A stretch of DNA of 64,000 nt from a virus (IMGVR_UViG_3300031992_004563:265798-329797), one strand, 5' to 3'; numbered from the stretch's first letter, positions 39,869-50,598 are shown. A program made the numbers and translations. Notes: generated by a model not told the origin, from the sequence alone.

Positions 39869-40040
39869 AATTACAATAATGTTCCTGTAAATTGGCCAAC
39901 AGTAATATCTCGACCATTGAATTTAGCAGTTACATCACATTTATATCTATTTGATAATTTAGACATTTCTGCTTGTAAATGTCCAAGACTGCATCCAGGC
40001 GCAGGTTCTACATGTATTTTACTAATGCCAGGTATCATAA

Positions 40041-40310
40041 TTATTTAAGATTTTGTAATTCACGTTTTCTACGTTCTGCACAGTATTTACAATTGCCTTT
40101 GTGGGAAAAATATCCATATCCACCATAGCCAGTAGAGATTGAACCAATAAGATATTCGCAGCTATCAATAATTACAACTCTAACGTTAAGATCGTCATAT
40201 ACTCTATATACATCATTTGTTTTTTCAACTTTATGATATACATTAGTATCAGGCTGTTCACTGCAAGAAATCATTGCAAATAATGCTACTAAGATAAAAA
40301 ATTTCTTCAT
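40041..40310 (-). CDS. Small lipoprotein (signal peptide plus lipobox …AMISCSE)
   Basis: N-terminal MKKFFILVALFAMISC. Confidence 0.5.
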   Translation of the reverse strand: MKKFFILVALFAMISCSEQPDTNVYHKVEKTNDVYRVYDDLNVRVVIIDSCEYLIGSISTGYGGYGYFSHKGNCKYCAERRKRELQNLK

Positions 40311-40311
40311 A

Positions 40312-40698
40312 TTATTTTGATTTTTTAGTTCTTGTTTTCTTTGGTTTTTCTTCTATTTCACCTTTAGCGATTTTCTCAGCTTTTTCTTTTTCTTTAGCCT
40401 CACGTTTCAATCGGCGTTGTTCATCACCCCAGGCTTTTGCACGTTCAACGAGTTCTTTATGTTTTTGCTCAGCTTCTTCAGGGTGTTCACGTTCCCAATT
40501 AATTTGGTCCCAAACAAAACTTCCATAACCAAGTTTCCAACTATGATAATGAGGACACATTAAAAACCAATGGCTATTACCTTTATATTTTTCAATACAT
40601 GCACCTTTCATTATGCATGTTTTCTTACATACATCCTCTTGAAATTGAGGAACATCGCTAGCTTTATAAAAGTCTTTATTTGCCATATTATTCTTCAA
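40312..40698 (-). CDS. Hypothetical protein (Cys/His-rich N-terminus, lysine-rich tail)
   Basis: 128-aa ORF. Confidence 0.45.
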   Translation of the reverse strand: MKNNMANKDFYKASDVPQFQEDVCKKTCIMKGACIEKYKGNSHWFLMCPHYHSWKLGYGSFVWDQINWEREHPEEAEQKHKELVERAKAWGDEQRRLKREAKEKEKAEKIAKGEIEEKPKKTRTKKSK

Positions 40699-41560
40699 TA
40701 AGATTCATTTCTATGAGCATGCTATATAATTTTTTCAAATCACATGCATAGTATCCATAAGAACAATATCCACCATAATAATCAGATTCGCCTCGTTCCT
40801 CTACAGTTACAGTTTCACGATAAAGTTTCTTATATTGAAGCATTGAAATGTTAGGACATACTTCAGTAAGCAAATCATCAAATTCTTTAAATTCGCTTGG
40901 TTGGGCTTCAGCACTAATATTACCACTAGCACCAGTATAATCACCCCATGTCCCGCCAAGACACCATTCTTCACTTCTCATTTCATCTTGTTTCATCCAA
41001 GATTCACGTATTTTAAACAAAGATTCATACTTATTCATTTTATGTACCTCCATTTCTTTAATTACAAATTCAATTTCACTAAATTCTTTAGATAGACCAT
41101 CAATATCAGGTTTTTCAAATTCTGCATGCTTAATAGTAATATGTGCCTTACGATCTTGTTGACGAATGCTATCATTATATAAACATGTATCTCTATCTTC
41201 TTTAAAATATACAAATTGAATTTTAACATGTTCACTATCAAAAATATAATGTGTACATTCATTATAAATGGCTTTAACCAATTTATGTTGTGTTTCATTG
41301 GTTAAAAATAATCCATCTATAATCCAATGATTATAATTTGCATTATGATGTATAATTGAATAGCAAAAACTTGAGTCTCTTAAAACATTTGTAAAAGATC
41401 TTTTCTCACGTTTAAGATAATCTTTATCAAAATCAATGTAGCATGTATTTGAATTAAATGTAGATAAAAACTTTTCACCATTATTGGCACTTTGTGCATA
41501 ATGAGTTTTACCACTACCAGGCAATCCAATTAAAATTTCTACTAATACTTGATTTTTCAT
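40688..41560 (-). CDS. P-loop kinase, polynucleotide kinase-like (Walker A GLPGSGKTH)
   Basis: N-terminal ILIGLPGSGKTHYA resembles PNK/AAA_33-type kinases. Lies immediately downstream of the RNA ligase gene. Promoter motif at 41579-41627. Confidence 0.5.
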   Translation of the reverse strand: MKNQVLVEILIGLPGSGKTHYAQSANNGEKFLSTFNSNTCYIDFDKDYLKREKRSFTNVLRDSSFCYSIIHHNANYNHWIIDGLFLTNETQHKLVKAIYNECTHYIFDSEHVKIQFVYFKEDRDTCLYNDSIRQQDRKAHITIKHAEFEKPDIDGLSKEFSEIEFVIKEMEVHKMNKYESLFKIRESWMKQDEMRSEEWCLGGTWGDYTGASGNISAEAQPSEFKEFDDLLTEVCPNISMLQYKKLYRETVTVEERGESDYYGGYCSYGYYACDLKKLYSMLIEMNLIEE

Positions 41561-41578
41561 AACTATTCAATTTTTAAA

Positions 41579-41627
41579 TTAACGATACAAAATTAATATA
41601 TTTTATTTAAATTAAAAAATAGAAGTT
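41579..41627 (-). promoter_or_regulatory. Conserved promoter motif copy (…AACTTCTATTTTTTAA…TAATTTTGTATCGTTAA…)
   Basis: Lies between the terminator hairpin 41636-41658 and the ATG at 41560. Confidence 0.55.
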
Positions 41628-41635
41628 AAAAATTT

Positions 41636-41658
41636 AAAGGTGGAATTGCACCACCTTT
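41636..41658 (-). terminator. Hairpin terminator (AAAGGTGGAATTGCACCACCTTT)
   Basis: Perfect inverted repeat after the RNA ligase stop codon. Confidence 0.5.
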
Positions 41659-41661
41659 AAA

Positions 41662-43335
41662 TCAATTTTCATCTGGATTTTCTTCACCATATCTTTCTTG
41701 CATTTCATAATCTGATGTAACACCTTTATCCATATCTTCAGCTTCCTTACCAAGGAATTTCAAACATTTAAGTTTGAATGCTTCTGCTACAGGGTCATCA
41801 TTAATTCTAAGAACGATACCTTCACGAGGAAGTTCATTTTTACACATTGGTTCATTTTCTTCCATTCCAAAGTTTTTATCCTTTTTCATTCTAGAAAGAA
41901 CATTTTCATTCCAATGATTTCTAAGATCCAAATCAGGATAAAGATCTTTCATTAAGCCATTATACAAAATTGTAATTGGTTTAATTTTTGAAGCATCATT
42001 AGTATTATTTTCTTTATCACGTTTTTGAAGTGCAGGAATAAGAGTATGCAATGTATAATCATGTACATCTTGAACATTAAATTCATATACATCCCCATTT
42101 TCAAGTACATGTTTAATACGGTAAATCATTAAATAATTATCACCTGTTTTACAACCATAGTCATAAACTTTTCCACCAAGTGATTGGATTCCCGATGTAG
42201 AATTTGTTACATATCCACAAATTTCTCCATAAAATGTCATTCCTTGAGGAATAAAATCTTTAAGGATTTTGTAATATGTTGCCCAAATATCTACTCCATA
42301 AAAACCTCCAGACTTGCCACCATATTTAAATCTAAACAATGATTTAAATTTATCCCAAAAAGTAATTTCTGGTTCATTTTGGTTTTTACGTTTCTTTTTC
42401 TTAAACATTGATTTCAATGTGCTTGTAATATGAAGCCACCATGCATAAATTATTTGGTAAATAATTGCAATCATATTTTGATTTTTAATTACACCACGAG
42501 AGCTATAAATTACATCATAGCCTTCAGTAGTAAATTGCAAAACTTTAGGCAAATATACAAAAGCTTTTTCATACAAACCACCATACTTAGGTTTATGAAC
42601 TTTTACATTACCAAAAATCGCTGATGAACCATGTTCCTTAACGGTAATTGATACTGAAGTTTCAGGTTTAATTCTATTCATTGAACGTTGAAGTTGTTCA
42701 GTATCATAATGAAATGCAAATTGTCCAGGAATCATACGATCATATTTTTTAATTTGCTTTTCATGACGGCCTTTTTTAACTCCACCATTTCGGCCTTTTA
42801 CTTCAGGAACATATGCTTTTACAAACAAACGTTCACCTACAGTATCAAAATCTTCACCAAGATGTGCAGACCAATCAAAATTTTCCAAGTCTGCTTCGTA
42901 TTCACCCATTTGGTATGGAGAAATAAGATAACCCATTGACATTACACCACGAAGTTTCTTCATACGAACACGACAGTTCTTACCAAAATAACCTTTATTA
43001 AGATTCAAATAATGTTGAATCTCTTCTTCAGATGCATTTTGTTTTCTCATTTTTTCCAAATGAGGACCTACATCTTGATAATTTGAATTAAGTGTGATAT
43101 CATCAAATTGATTAGTTGAAGATAGAAACAAACTATCAAGTTGACATTCATTGGCTACATAAATCATATAGCTTCCTGTTTTAACCAAATCTTTACGAAC
43201 TACGATATCTCTGCCTTCAACCATCACTGTGGCAAGAAAATCGGAATTTTCAATTGGTGTCAATTCACCAATTTGAACAACAGTTGCACAATATTCATGT
43301 GACATGTCTTTTGATTGTGATAATACATTTTCCAT
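41662..43335 (-). CDS. ATP-dependent RNA ligase-like protein (N-terminal OB-like domain as in DraRnl/NgrRnl-type ligases; motif I KEHGS; motif IV EGIVLR; motif V KLKCLKF)
   Basis: N-terminus …YCATVVQIGELTPIENSDFLATVMVEGRDIVVRKD… resembles the N-domain of Rnl5-type ligases. Nucleotidyltransferase motifs are present. Confidence 0.55.
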   Translation of the reverse strand: MENVLSQSKDMSHEYCATVVQIGELTPIENSDFLATVMVEGRDIVVRKDLVKTGSYMIYVANECQLDSLFLSSTNQFDDITLNSNYQDVGPHLEKMRKQNASEEEIQHYLNLNKGYFGKNCRVRMKKLRGVMSMGYLISPYQMGEYEADLENFDWSAHLGEDFDTVGERLFVKAYVPEVKGRNGGVKKGRHEKQIKKYDRMIPGQFAFHYDTEQLQRSMNRIKPETSVSITVKEHGSSAIFGNVKVHKPKYGGLYEKAFVYLPKVLQFTTEGYDVIYSSRGVIKNQNMIAIIYQIIYAWWLHITSTLKSMFKKKKRKNQNEPEITFWDKFKSLFRFKYGGKSGGFYGVDIWATYYKILKDFIPQGMTFYGEICGYVTNSTSGIQSLGGKVYDYGCKTGDNYLMIYRIKHVLENGDVYEFNVQDVHDYTLHTLIPALQKRDKENNTNDASKIKPITILYNGLMKDLYPDLDLRNHWNENVLSRMKKDKNFGMEENEPMCKNELPREGIVLRINDDPVAEAFKLKCLKFLGKEAEDMDKGVTSDYEMQERYGEENPDEN

Positions 43336-43436
43336 AATTTTAAATGTTTAAATTTTTACTAAAGTTCGAGTTTCTCCGCCACCAGCGATATTTCTATCGC
43401 AATTTTATTATTATAAATATTATTTTATTTTTGTTT

Positions 43437-43634
43437 TTAAGGCAATATTTTCCATTGATAACACCACCATTTAATATTGTATTTTTCTTTAAGCCAATCC
43501 CAATGGGTTTTTACTGATTTAAGAACCCCAATCTTTTTGTTTGCAGTACAATAAATAATTGGTTCATTTGGCAATTCTGGAAAATACACATCTGCATTTT
43601 TCCATTCTAGTGTTAATATAAAATTATTTTCCAT
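43437..43634 (-). CDS. Small hypothetical protein
   Basis: 65-aa ORF. Confidence 0.3.
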   Translation of the reverse strand: MENNFILTLEWKNADVYFPELPNEPIIYCTANKKIGVLKSVKTHWDWLKEKYNIKWWCYQWKILP

Positions 43635-43691
43635 AATTTAAAAAATTAAAAAATGGTGACTCTTTTTCAAAGCCACCATTTAAAAAGTTAA

Positions 43692-45071
43692 TTAAAATAA
43701 CTCTTCGCTTTTTGGCTTTTCTTTAGTCTTTGGCTTTGTTTCTTCTTCATCCTCAATAGGTGTATTATCCAATGCACATAATTCATTATAGTATTCATTT
43801 TCACCATCGTGGAAGCAGTCATCAACCATTTTTTGTGCAATAGAACGTGCATCACAATTTTTCTTAAATGCATCAAAAATCCTATTGCGTAACTCATCAT
43901 ACTTTTCTTTATTACTTGCAAGCTCATCCATTTGTGCAAGACATTCATCAAGATTTGATAAGTCCTTTTTAATGAATACACCAAGTCCTAATTCAAGTGC
44001 TGTTTTATTTAGACACTTTGTGTTTTCATCATACATACGACATGCATTACCTGCATTCCAATCTAACAATGGAATTGAACCCATTTGAATAATCTCAAAT
44101 ACTGAATATTCAAAATCATCTCCATAACATCCATCAGTTTTAAGATGGAAAAAGTCACATCCAAATGCAGACTTTGCAACGCATCTCATTCCTTCTTCAC
44201 GTTTATATGCATCAAATACATAACACCAACCTTTTTCACGTTTAGGGGTATCAAGCATTGGATCATCATATGCAATACCATTTTCTTCTCTCCACTTTTT
44301 ATCTGAAGCCATTATACAAGCCTTAGATGGAAGACGGTTTCCTTGCTCATCAAATGAATAAAGCAAGTCAGGAATTGTAGATACATTAATTGTACGTTTA
44401 ATACCACGCATTTCCAACTCATAATCATGTGCATAAAATTTATCACGACCACGAAGTAAACGAGTTGGGTCTTTAAATCCAGAATGACGACCAAGATAAG
44501 TTATTCGACGTAATTTCTCATCAAATGGAACCCATTGTTTCTTATCTTCATCTGAATAATTATGTGGAAGAATTAATTGAACAAAACGTTTTCTAAATTC
44601 TTCTTCACCACACGCTGCACAAATTTTTTGTGCTACCATTGCCTTTGGTGCAAATGTAATAATTTTATCAAATGCCAACCAAAATTCTGAATTATGCAAT
44701 AGTGGTCCATAATATGCAGCAAATCCCAATACATTATGATCATTACATACAATTGCTTTTCTTGTAGTAATTTTATTCATAACCAAATCCATCCAGAGAT
44801 TATGATATTTTTCATCTGCTTTTTTCTCCATAATGGAATTAATGATAACCAAATCAGCTTCATTAATATGATTAACTGTATTTTCAGAATAATCATATTC
44901 TACGGCGAATGGAATGCTTTGTGTGCCACCATCCATCTCAGCCTTTTCATGTGCTTTTACATAAATAACTTCAACTTCATGGCCAGCAAGCTTCAAGCCT
45001 TTATTTAATTCTATAACATATCGGGTTACACCAGAACCCTCAATGCGTGCCATCAATTGTACAATTTTCAT
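43692..45071 (-). CDS. Glycosyltransferase, GT4-like N-terminal domain
   Basis: N-terminus MKIVQLMARIEGSGVTRYVIELNKGLKLAGHEVEVIY is typical of GT-B/GT4 enzymes. Confidence 0.5.
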   Translation of the reverse strand: MKIVQLMARIEGSGVTRYVIELNKGLKLAGHEVEVIYVKAHEKAEMDGGTQSIPFAVEYDYSENTVNHINEADLVIINSIMEKKADEKYHNLWMDLVMNKITTRKAIVCNDHNVLGFAAYYGPLLHNSEFWLAFDKIITFAPKAMVAQKICAACGEEEFRKRFVQLILPHNYSDEDKKQWVPFDEKLRRITYLGRHSGFKDPTRLLRGRDKFYAHDYELEMRGIKRTINVSTIPDLLYSFDEQGNRLPSKACIMASDKKWREENGIAYDDPMLDTPKREKGWCYVFDAYKREEGMRCVAKSAFGCDFFHLKTDGCYGDDFEYSVFEIIQMGSIPLLDWNAGNACRMYDENTKCLNKTALELGLGVFIKKDLSNLDECLAQMDELASNKEKYDELRNRIFDAFKKNCDARSIAQKMVDDCFHDGENEYYNELCALDNTPIEDEEETKPKTKEKPKSEELF

Positions 45072-45074
45072 ATA

Positions 45075-46415
45075 TTAAAATAAACTTTGTTTTGTTGCTA
45101 TATTAAGTACTTCTTGTTTTGTATTATCTTGAAATGCTACATTAGAAGTATGTTCTCGATTATTATATTCCCAATTATTCAAAATGTTTACAACTTGAGA
45201 AACAATAAATTTCGCTGTGTTAACTGGAACATTTTGACCAATTTTTGCAAGATTTGTTTTATCTCCATATATAATAAAATCTTCTGGCATACCCATTAAT
45301 GAAAGATATTCCCTTATTGTGCAAAATCTCTTACCAGTATAATGAATCATATTAGGTATTGATCTAAATTGAACAGATGGAAAATAATCCTTAAATACCC
45401 ATGCATCTTCGCCATAATAATTCAAACCTTGTGAAGTTTTTTCAAAGATATGTTTAAAATACTTTTCAACCTTTGCCTTTTCTTCATCAGTGTATTTATC
45501 AGATTCTTTAACAAATTTCAAAAAATCTTCAAGTTTACCAGTTTTCATTATATATGTTATAATGTTTCTTTTATCTTTTATTTCATCTGCCCAATTTTCA
45601 CCATAATTTTTAACATTATAATCAATAGCTGCGTAATTATGAATAAATGATTCTACTGGTGTTTGTTGAGGAGCGTCCTTTGATATTGATTCAAAAAATT
45701 CTGGAATAAGAATAGAATCTTTTTCATAACCAAACAATGGTGGTTTTTGTTCTGTGTTTTTTCCTTGCCATTGAGTAAAAATAACAAATGTTCTTGGTCT
45801 GCGTTGGCAATTATGATGAAGAACTGTATCTGTTTTATAATAAAGAACAGAATATCCTGCATTCTTTGCAATATCCTCCAATGATGCACGAACATCATCG
45901 CCTCTGTCACCAACCAATGTAGGTGCATTTTCAAACACATATACTTTAGGTTTAATAACATTTAAAGTATAATATGTAATCCATTGCATATTACAATTTC
46001 TGGATTCTTTTGTTTCATTAGCAGCTTTAGTAACAACTGATAAACCTGAACATACAGGAACTGCAACAACTAAATCCATATCTGAAAAATCTGGCAATGG
46101 AACATCATCTTCAAGTCCTTTTCGTACTTTTAAATCAGTTGAATGAATGTCCATATCAAACATCTTTCTATTTGTTATTTGATAATATGGAACTTTATAT
46201 CCATCCTTTGTAGATTTAAATAACCATTCTCTTAAATTATATTCATTACCTGCACCTGTTATAATAGGATTATCTTTATCACCAGCTACAGTTATTGCAT
46301 CAAGCCCATCATACGATAAAATCCATTCGGCTTGATGGCCAATGGCTTTTAACGCTCCTATATACATTCCGCCTGTTAATGGTTGAATACATCCCCATTT
46401 AATTTCTTTTGACAT
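45075..46415 (-). CDS. DNA (cytosine-5)-methyltransferase family protein, divergent
   Basis: Motif I-like PLTGGMYIGA, motif IV-like AVPVCSGLS, motif VI YVFENAP, motif VIII CQRRPR, motif X IGQNVPVNTAKFI. Confidence 0.55.
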   Translation of the reverse strand: MSKEIKWGCIQPLTGGMYIGALKAIGHQAEWILSYDGLDAITVAGDKDNPIITGAGNEYNLREWLFKSTKDGYKVPYYQITNRKMFDMDIHSTDLKVRKGLEDDVPLPDFSDMDLVVAVPVCSGLSVVTKAANETKESRNCNMQWITYYTLNVIKPKVYVFENAPTLVGDRGDDVRASLEDIAKNAGYSVLYYKTDTVLHHNCQRRPRTFVIFTQWQGKNTEQKPPLFGYEKDSILIPEFFESISKDAPQQTPVESFIHNYAAIDYNVKNYGENWADEIKDKRNIITYIMKTGKLEDFLKFVKESDKYTDEEKAKVEKYFKHIFEKTSQGLNYYGEDAWVFKDYFPSVQFRSIPNMIHYTGKRFCTIREYLSLMGMPEDFIIYGDKTNLAKIGQNVPVNTAKFIVSQVVNILNNWEYNNREHTSNVAFQDNTKQEVLNIATKQSLF

Positions 46416-46423
46416 ATAATATT

Positions 46424-46786
46424 TTATTTTCTTTTTCTATATACAAAATCCAAAAATCGTTTAATTGGACAAATTTTTTCTTTTGGTTTTTCTTTTTCGA
46501 CATTGTGATATGATCCACGATTACATACATTAAAAATATGTGGTGTGCTATAACCAGATACATCTAAAAAGTCATCAGATAAATCATCAAACATATCTTC
46601 CAAATCATCTGTTATATCATCAATCATATCATCTATATCATCTATTAAATCATCTACATCATCCGATAAGTATTTTATATCATCCATATCAGATGCATAG
46701 TATTTATTTGATTTAATTTTATAATTAGATGAAAATGGTTTACTTAAATCTTTATATTTAAAATGTCTATATATCATTCTTTGCAA
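46424..46786 (-). CDS. Hypothetical protein with a DD-rich repeat segment
   Basis: 120-aa ORF. Confidence 0.4.
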   Translation of the reverse strand: MQRMIYRHFKYKDLSKPFSSNYKIKSNKYYASDMDDIKYLSDDVDDLIDDIDDMIDDITDDLEDMFDDLSDDFLDVSGYSTPHIFNVCNRGSYHNVEKEKPKEKICPIKRFLDFVYRKRK

Positions 46787-46974
46787 ATTGCAACACCGCC
46801 TTCTGGTGTAGTTACAACTAAATACTTTGAATTACCAACTTCAATCTCATCTACGCCATAACTTGCAGTTTGGCCATTTACAAAATACTTTCCATAGTTA
46901 CGATATGGAACAAATGATGTAAATAATACTATTACAGTAAATATTACACAAAACCAAATTAAAAACTTTTTCAT
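46774..46974 (-). CDS. Small secreted/membrane protein
   Basis: 66-aa ORF with a hydrophobic N-terminus. Confidence 0.35.
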   Translation of the reverse strand: MKKFLIWFCVIFTVIVLFTSFVPYRNYGKYFVNGQTASYGVDEIEVGNSKYLVVTTPEGGVAICKE

Positions 46975-47090
46975 ATTAAATGTATTTAAAAAATCTTTGG
47001 CGTTTTAACTCAACATCTGTTATAAATTTAGTACAACTGCATGTTTTAGTTTTTTCACAAGTATCGAATAACTTGCATATTTTACAATAT

Positions 47091-47723
47091 TCACTTACCA
47101 TAATAATCTCCGTAAAAATACTTTAAACCATTTGATTTAACATAATTATTATATAACACTTTTAAGTGATGTTTATTAAAATACTCTTCAGGCGTATAAC
47201 CAATTAAAGGCTTTTCTACATCTCCAATTTCAATATCTTTTAATGTATCGAATACAACTAAAACAAAATTGGCAGTGTTTTTATGAATTTTTGGATGAGT
47301 ATTTTCTAATTTATTTACCAACCAATTATACTCTTTTTGATATGAAAAATCTTTTCCAAAATATGCTTTAGCCGCACCAAGCCAATCACATATAAGTTCT
47401 ACTGCATATTTATATGGCATTTCAATACATGTTGTTCCATTGTCATAATTATCTGTCCAATACTCATAATGATGAGGATTGCGGCCTTTATGATGTTGCC
47501 ATGCCAATGAATAACCTTTATCCGCTTTACATGCATTAATTGGAGAACTTGAGCCTTGATAATATTTTACAGACTCCCAAAATTCAATCCATGAAAATTT
47601 GGACATATCATGCATAATACCTTGCCAATAAAGACCAGCTTTAAAGCAATAATATGCAACCCAATATTTATGAATACAAATTTTCTTAAAATGCAACCAA
47701 GTATTTTTAAGCGTTATTTTCAT
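47091..47723 (-). CDS. Hypothetical protein (His-rich motif WQHHKGRNPHHYEYW)
   Basis: 210-aa ORF. Confidence 0.45.
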   Translation of the reverse strand: MKITLKNTWLHFKKICIHKYWVAYYCFKAGLYWQGIMHDMSKFSWIEFWESVKYYQGSSSPINACKADKGYSLAWQHHKGRNPHHYEYWTDNYDNGTTCIEMPYKYAVELICDWLGAAKAYFGKDFSYQKEYNWLVNKLENTHPKIHKNTANFVLVVFDTLKDIEIGDVEKPLIGYTPEEYFNKHHLKVLYNNYVKSNGLKYFYGDYYGK

Positions 47724-47737
47724 ATTGTTTATTTGTT

Positions 47738-48052
47738 TTATTTAAAATTACACGTATTGTTAGAATTATAAATTTTTTTAAGTCTGTCAAATATGTAGAA
47801 AAACCATAATGGAGTAATATATGCATCATCTTCTTTTACCAATCCCAACATTTCTCTATAAGTATCTAAATTTATAATTTTAAATACTGTATCAATTCCA
47901 ATACTTCCAAATAATAGCCATGCAATTGGTGTTAATACTATCAACATTGGTATTGAAAATGCCCAGCAAAACACTACAGTTATAAGATACAAAAGAAAAC
48001 CTATTATACAATACAATGTAATTAAAATTCTAAATAAAAAATTTCTTATCAT
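47738..48052 (-). CDS. Small membrane protein (two or three TM helices)
   Basis: 104-aa hydrophobic ORF. Confidence 0.45.
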   Translation of the reverse strand: MIRNFLFRILITLYCIIGFLLYLITVVFCWAFSIPMLIVLTPIAWLLFGSIGIDTVFKIINLDTYREMLGLVKEDDAYITPLWFFYIFDRLKKIYNSNNTCNFK

Positions 48053-48053
48053 A

Positions 48054-50045
48054 TTAATTAAATTTTTGAAGTTTATTTAAAATTTGTTTATATGCCAACT
48101 CATCATTAGATGTTATTGGGCGTTTAATTTTATTCTTAAGCTTCCACCATTTAATGGTTTCTTTAATAAGTTCATCGCTTACGTTAGGAACTTTACCCTT
48201 AAGCATTAAAATGAACGAATCCTCCATTTTGCTCTCTTCAACAAGTTTTGCATGAACTGATTCAAGCATTGGCATTATATCCAAATAATCTGCACGGTTA
48301 ACTCGGTTATTAAGATAATATTCAACAGTTTCAAGATCTAATGCATCATAATTAAGAAGTTCACGTTCATCGGTATATACTTTGAATGCTATACGATTTT
48401 TACGTTCAGTTTCTCTCCACCAATCACTTTCTTTAGATGGCATATATTTGATAACAAATTCACCAACCGAATTTTTCTCGATATTATATACTCCAGTACT
48501 TGGTCTAACTGGCAAACCCCAATCATCATCTCTATTACGATTCCAGGAATAGAAACGTTCATCAAATCTTTCTTGAGTTCCAGCCACATAGTTTTCAAGG
48601 AATAATACACGGGTTCCAACCTTAATATCTTTATTAACTTCTTTTACAAACTCCCAATAACTTGGATGTCCATCAGTTAATTTCTTAACTCCTGCATCAT
48701 ATATAAATTCTATATAAGGAGAATCCAAACCATCCGTAAATAGATTAACAGGATTATGAGGAGCAAGAACATCAGAACGATCAAGTAATCCTTGAAGCAA
48801 ACAGAAATTAAATTTGTATCTGTCGATAAAGTCCTCAATTTGTTCTTTTTTGCTTGAAGCCCAATAATGAGTACCAGACTCTTCCAGTTCATTAATAAGT
48901 TTTTGAAGCTCATCTTGTTTTGGGAACAAATATGGATAGATAATCAAATCTGCCCAAATACGATATACATTATCTCCATTACGAATAATAATATATGTTT
49001 GTTTATCTTCCAAATCTAATTCATTTCTGAAATATGGGTTATGAACAAAATGATTTCCAATTCTCATGTCTTTACCACGTTTGCCATAACGACGAGGCCT
49101 AAATACTCGAATACCCTTTTCCGGCAAGAACAAATCAATATGATTATCACGAAGAAGCCATTCATCAAATTGTTCAATTTTCGAAAAATCAAGACCACCA
49201 TCTCTCCAATCACCTACCTCTTCATCCATGTATAATACATCCTGGAAGAAATGAATAGGTGTATCAATAGGTGCAGGCATTCCCTCTTGAATTTGAACAA
49301 TATCCTCGTTAACACCAAGATACAATTCAATTTGTCCAAGAACTCGTTGAATACGTGTTATTTTTCGTTGAACAATAGCAATTGCTTTTTCGCAATCTCT
49401 ACGAATAATATCAAATTTTGCTTGTTGTTCGGCTATACTCATTTTAACAATCGCCAATCGCCGATCCAATTCCTCTTTAAGAGCTAACGTACTTTTTTCA
49501 GCATTTACATACGTCATTTTAGATGACATACTTACCAATGCAGTAGAGTTGTCATCATTCTCATTATCATCAATATCATATTTTTTAAGGAAATCGGTGT
49601 CTTTACCCATAATAGCATTTGTAGCGCCATTTATGTATTCAAGCAACTCTTCTTTATCCTTAAACACAAAATATTTACGACCATCTTCATTGCGATCCAG
49701 ACTTAATGCTTTAATCTCCCATTTGTAATCGTGTCCAAAACCATCACCAACTTGGCATTCTTCACCAGTGAATGGATTAAATCTAACAGCTTTTACATCA
49801 AGATGATATGTATCGAGTTCTACCTCAACCCGTTGATTATCTTTAAACTCGATTTTAGTATCTTTTACCGGTTCAATGGAAATAATACGATAGCAGTATG
49901 GATCGTGCCATTGCACATCCACTATATAATTACCTGGATGGATTTCCTTTTTCCACTCATCTGGATGGGTTTCACGAGCATTAGCGATTTGACCCTCAAT
50001 TGTTGTTAAATCTCTACTCGTGTATTTTTCAATTCCGTTCTCCAT
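48054..50045 (-). CDS. Large hypothetical protein
   Basis: 663-aa ORF preceded by a promoter motif copy at 50069-50110. Confidence 0.5.
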   Translation of the reverse strand: MENGIEKYTSRDLTTIEGQIANARETHPDEWKKEIHPGNYIVDVQWHDPYCYRIISIEPVKDTKIEFKDNQRVEVELDTYHLDVKAVRFNPFTGEECQVGDGFGHDYKWEIKALSLDRNEDGRKYFVFKDKEELLEYINGATNAIMGKDTDFLKKYDIDDNENDDNSTALVSMSSKMTYVNAEKSTLALKEELDRRLAIVKMSIAEQQAKFDIIRRDCEKAIAIVQRKITRIQRVLGQIELYLGVNEDIVQIQEGMPAPIDTPIHFFQDVLYMDEEVGDWRDGGLDFSKIEQFDEWLLRDNHIDLFLPEKGIRVFRPRRYGKRGKDMRIGNHFVHNPYFRNELDLEDKQTYIIIRNGDNVYRIWADLIIYPYLFPKQDELQKLINELEESGTHYWASSKKEQIEDFIDRYKFNFCLLQGLLDRSDVLAPHNPVNLFTDGLDSPYIEFIYDAGVKKLTDGHPSYWEFVKEVNKDIKVGTRVLFLENYVAGTQERFDERFYSWNRNRDDDWGLPVRPSTGVYNIEKNSVGEFVIKYMPSKESDWWRETERKNRIAFKVYTDERELLNYDALDLETVEYYLNNRVNRADYLDIMPMLESVHAKLVEESKMEDSFILMLKGKVPNVSDELIKETIKWWKLKNKIKRPITSNDELAYKQILNKLQKFN

Positions 50046-50068
50046 AATGTAAATCTTTTAAATTTTGT

Positions 50069-50110
50069 GCAAAATTAATACAAAACTATTAATCTAAAAA
50101 ATAGAAGTTA
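50069..50110 (-). promoter_or_regulatory. Conserved promoter motif copy (variant with GCAAAATTAATA)
   Basis: -7 box TAATTTTG lies 26 nt upstream of the ATG at 50045. Confidence 0.5.
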
Positions 50111-50114
50111 TATT

Positions 50115-50339
50115 TTATATTAATTCCAAATCCTCTTCGGCCCAATTAAGCGCAGTTAATCTATGAGTAAATCCATTTTCATAAAAATCAAAAATATCTC
50201 CCCTTTTTCTATGACGAATTTTACATTTTAAATGTGTTTCTACTTCATCACCCCATAAATCGCGTGACCACCAAGTAAAATCTATTGGTGTATTATATGG
50301 TATATCTTTACCATTTATATCTTTTAAACCTGTTAACAT
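50115..50339 (-). CDS. Small hypothetical protein
   Basis: 74-aa ORF. Confidence 0.35.
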   Translation of the reverse strand: MLTGLKDINGKDIPYNTPIDFTWWSRDLWGDEVETHLKCKIRHRKRGDIFDFYENGFTHRLTALNWAEEDLELI

Positions 50340-50346
50340 ACAAAAA

Positions 50347-50598
50347 TTATCTATCTGCCCATGGGCCAGATTTTTCTTTAAATTTTACACATAAATCATT
50401 ATCATAACGATTATATGTTACATCAAAACCCGCTTCAGTTAACAATTGCTGTAATCCATCTTCATATGGGATTACAGTAAAAGAATTATTCATTAATCCT
50501 TGTTTAATTCTCGGTAATGCTTTTTCAAAGGCAATTTGTGCCTGCATTTGTTCTGCTATTGTCATCATATTATTCAAGTAATTTGCATTCTTCTTCAC
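50347..50598 (-). CDS. Small hypothetical protein
   Basis: 83-aa ORF. Confidence 0.35.
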   Translation of the reverse strand: MKKNANYLNNMMTIAEQMQAQIAFEKALPRIKQGLMNNSFTVIPYEDGLQQLLTEAGFDVTYNRYDNDLCVKFKEKSGPWADR

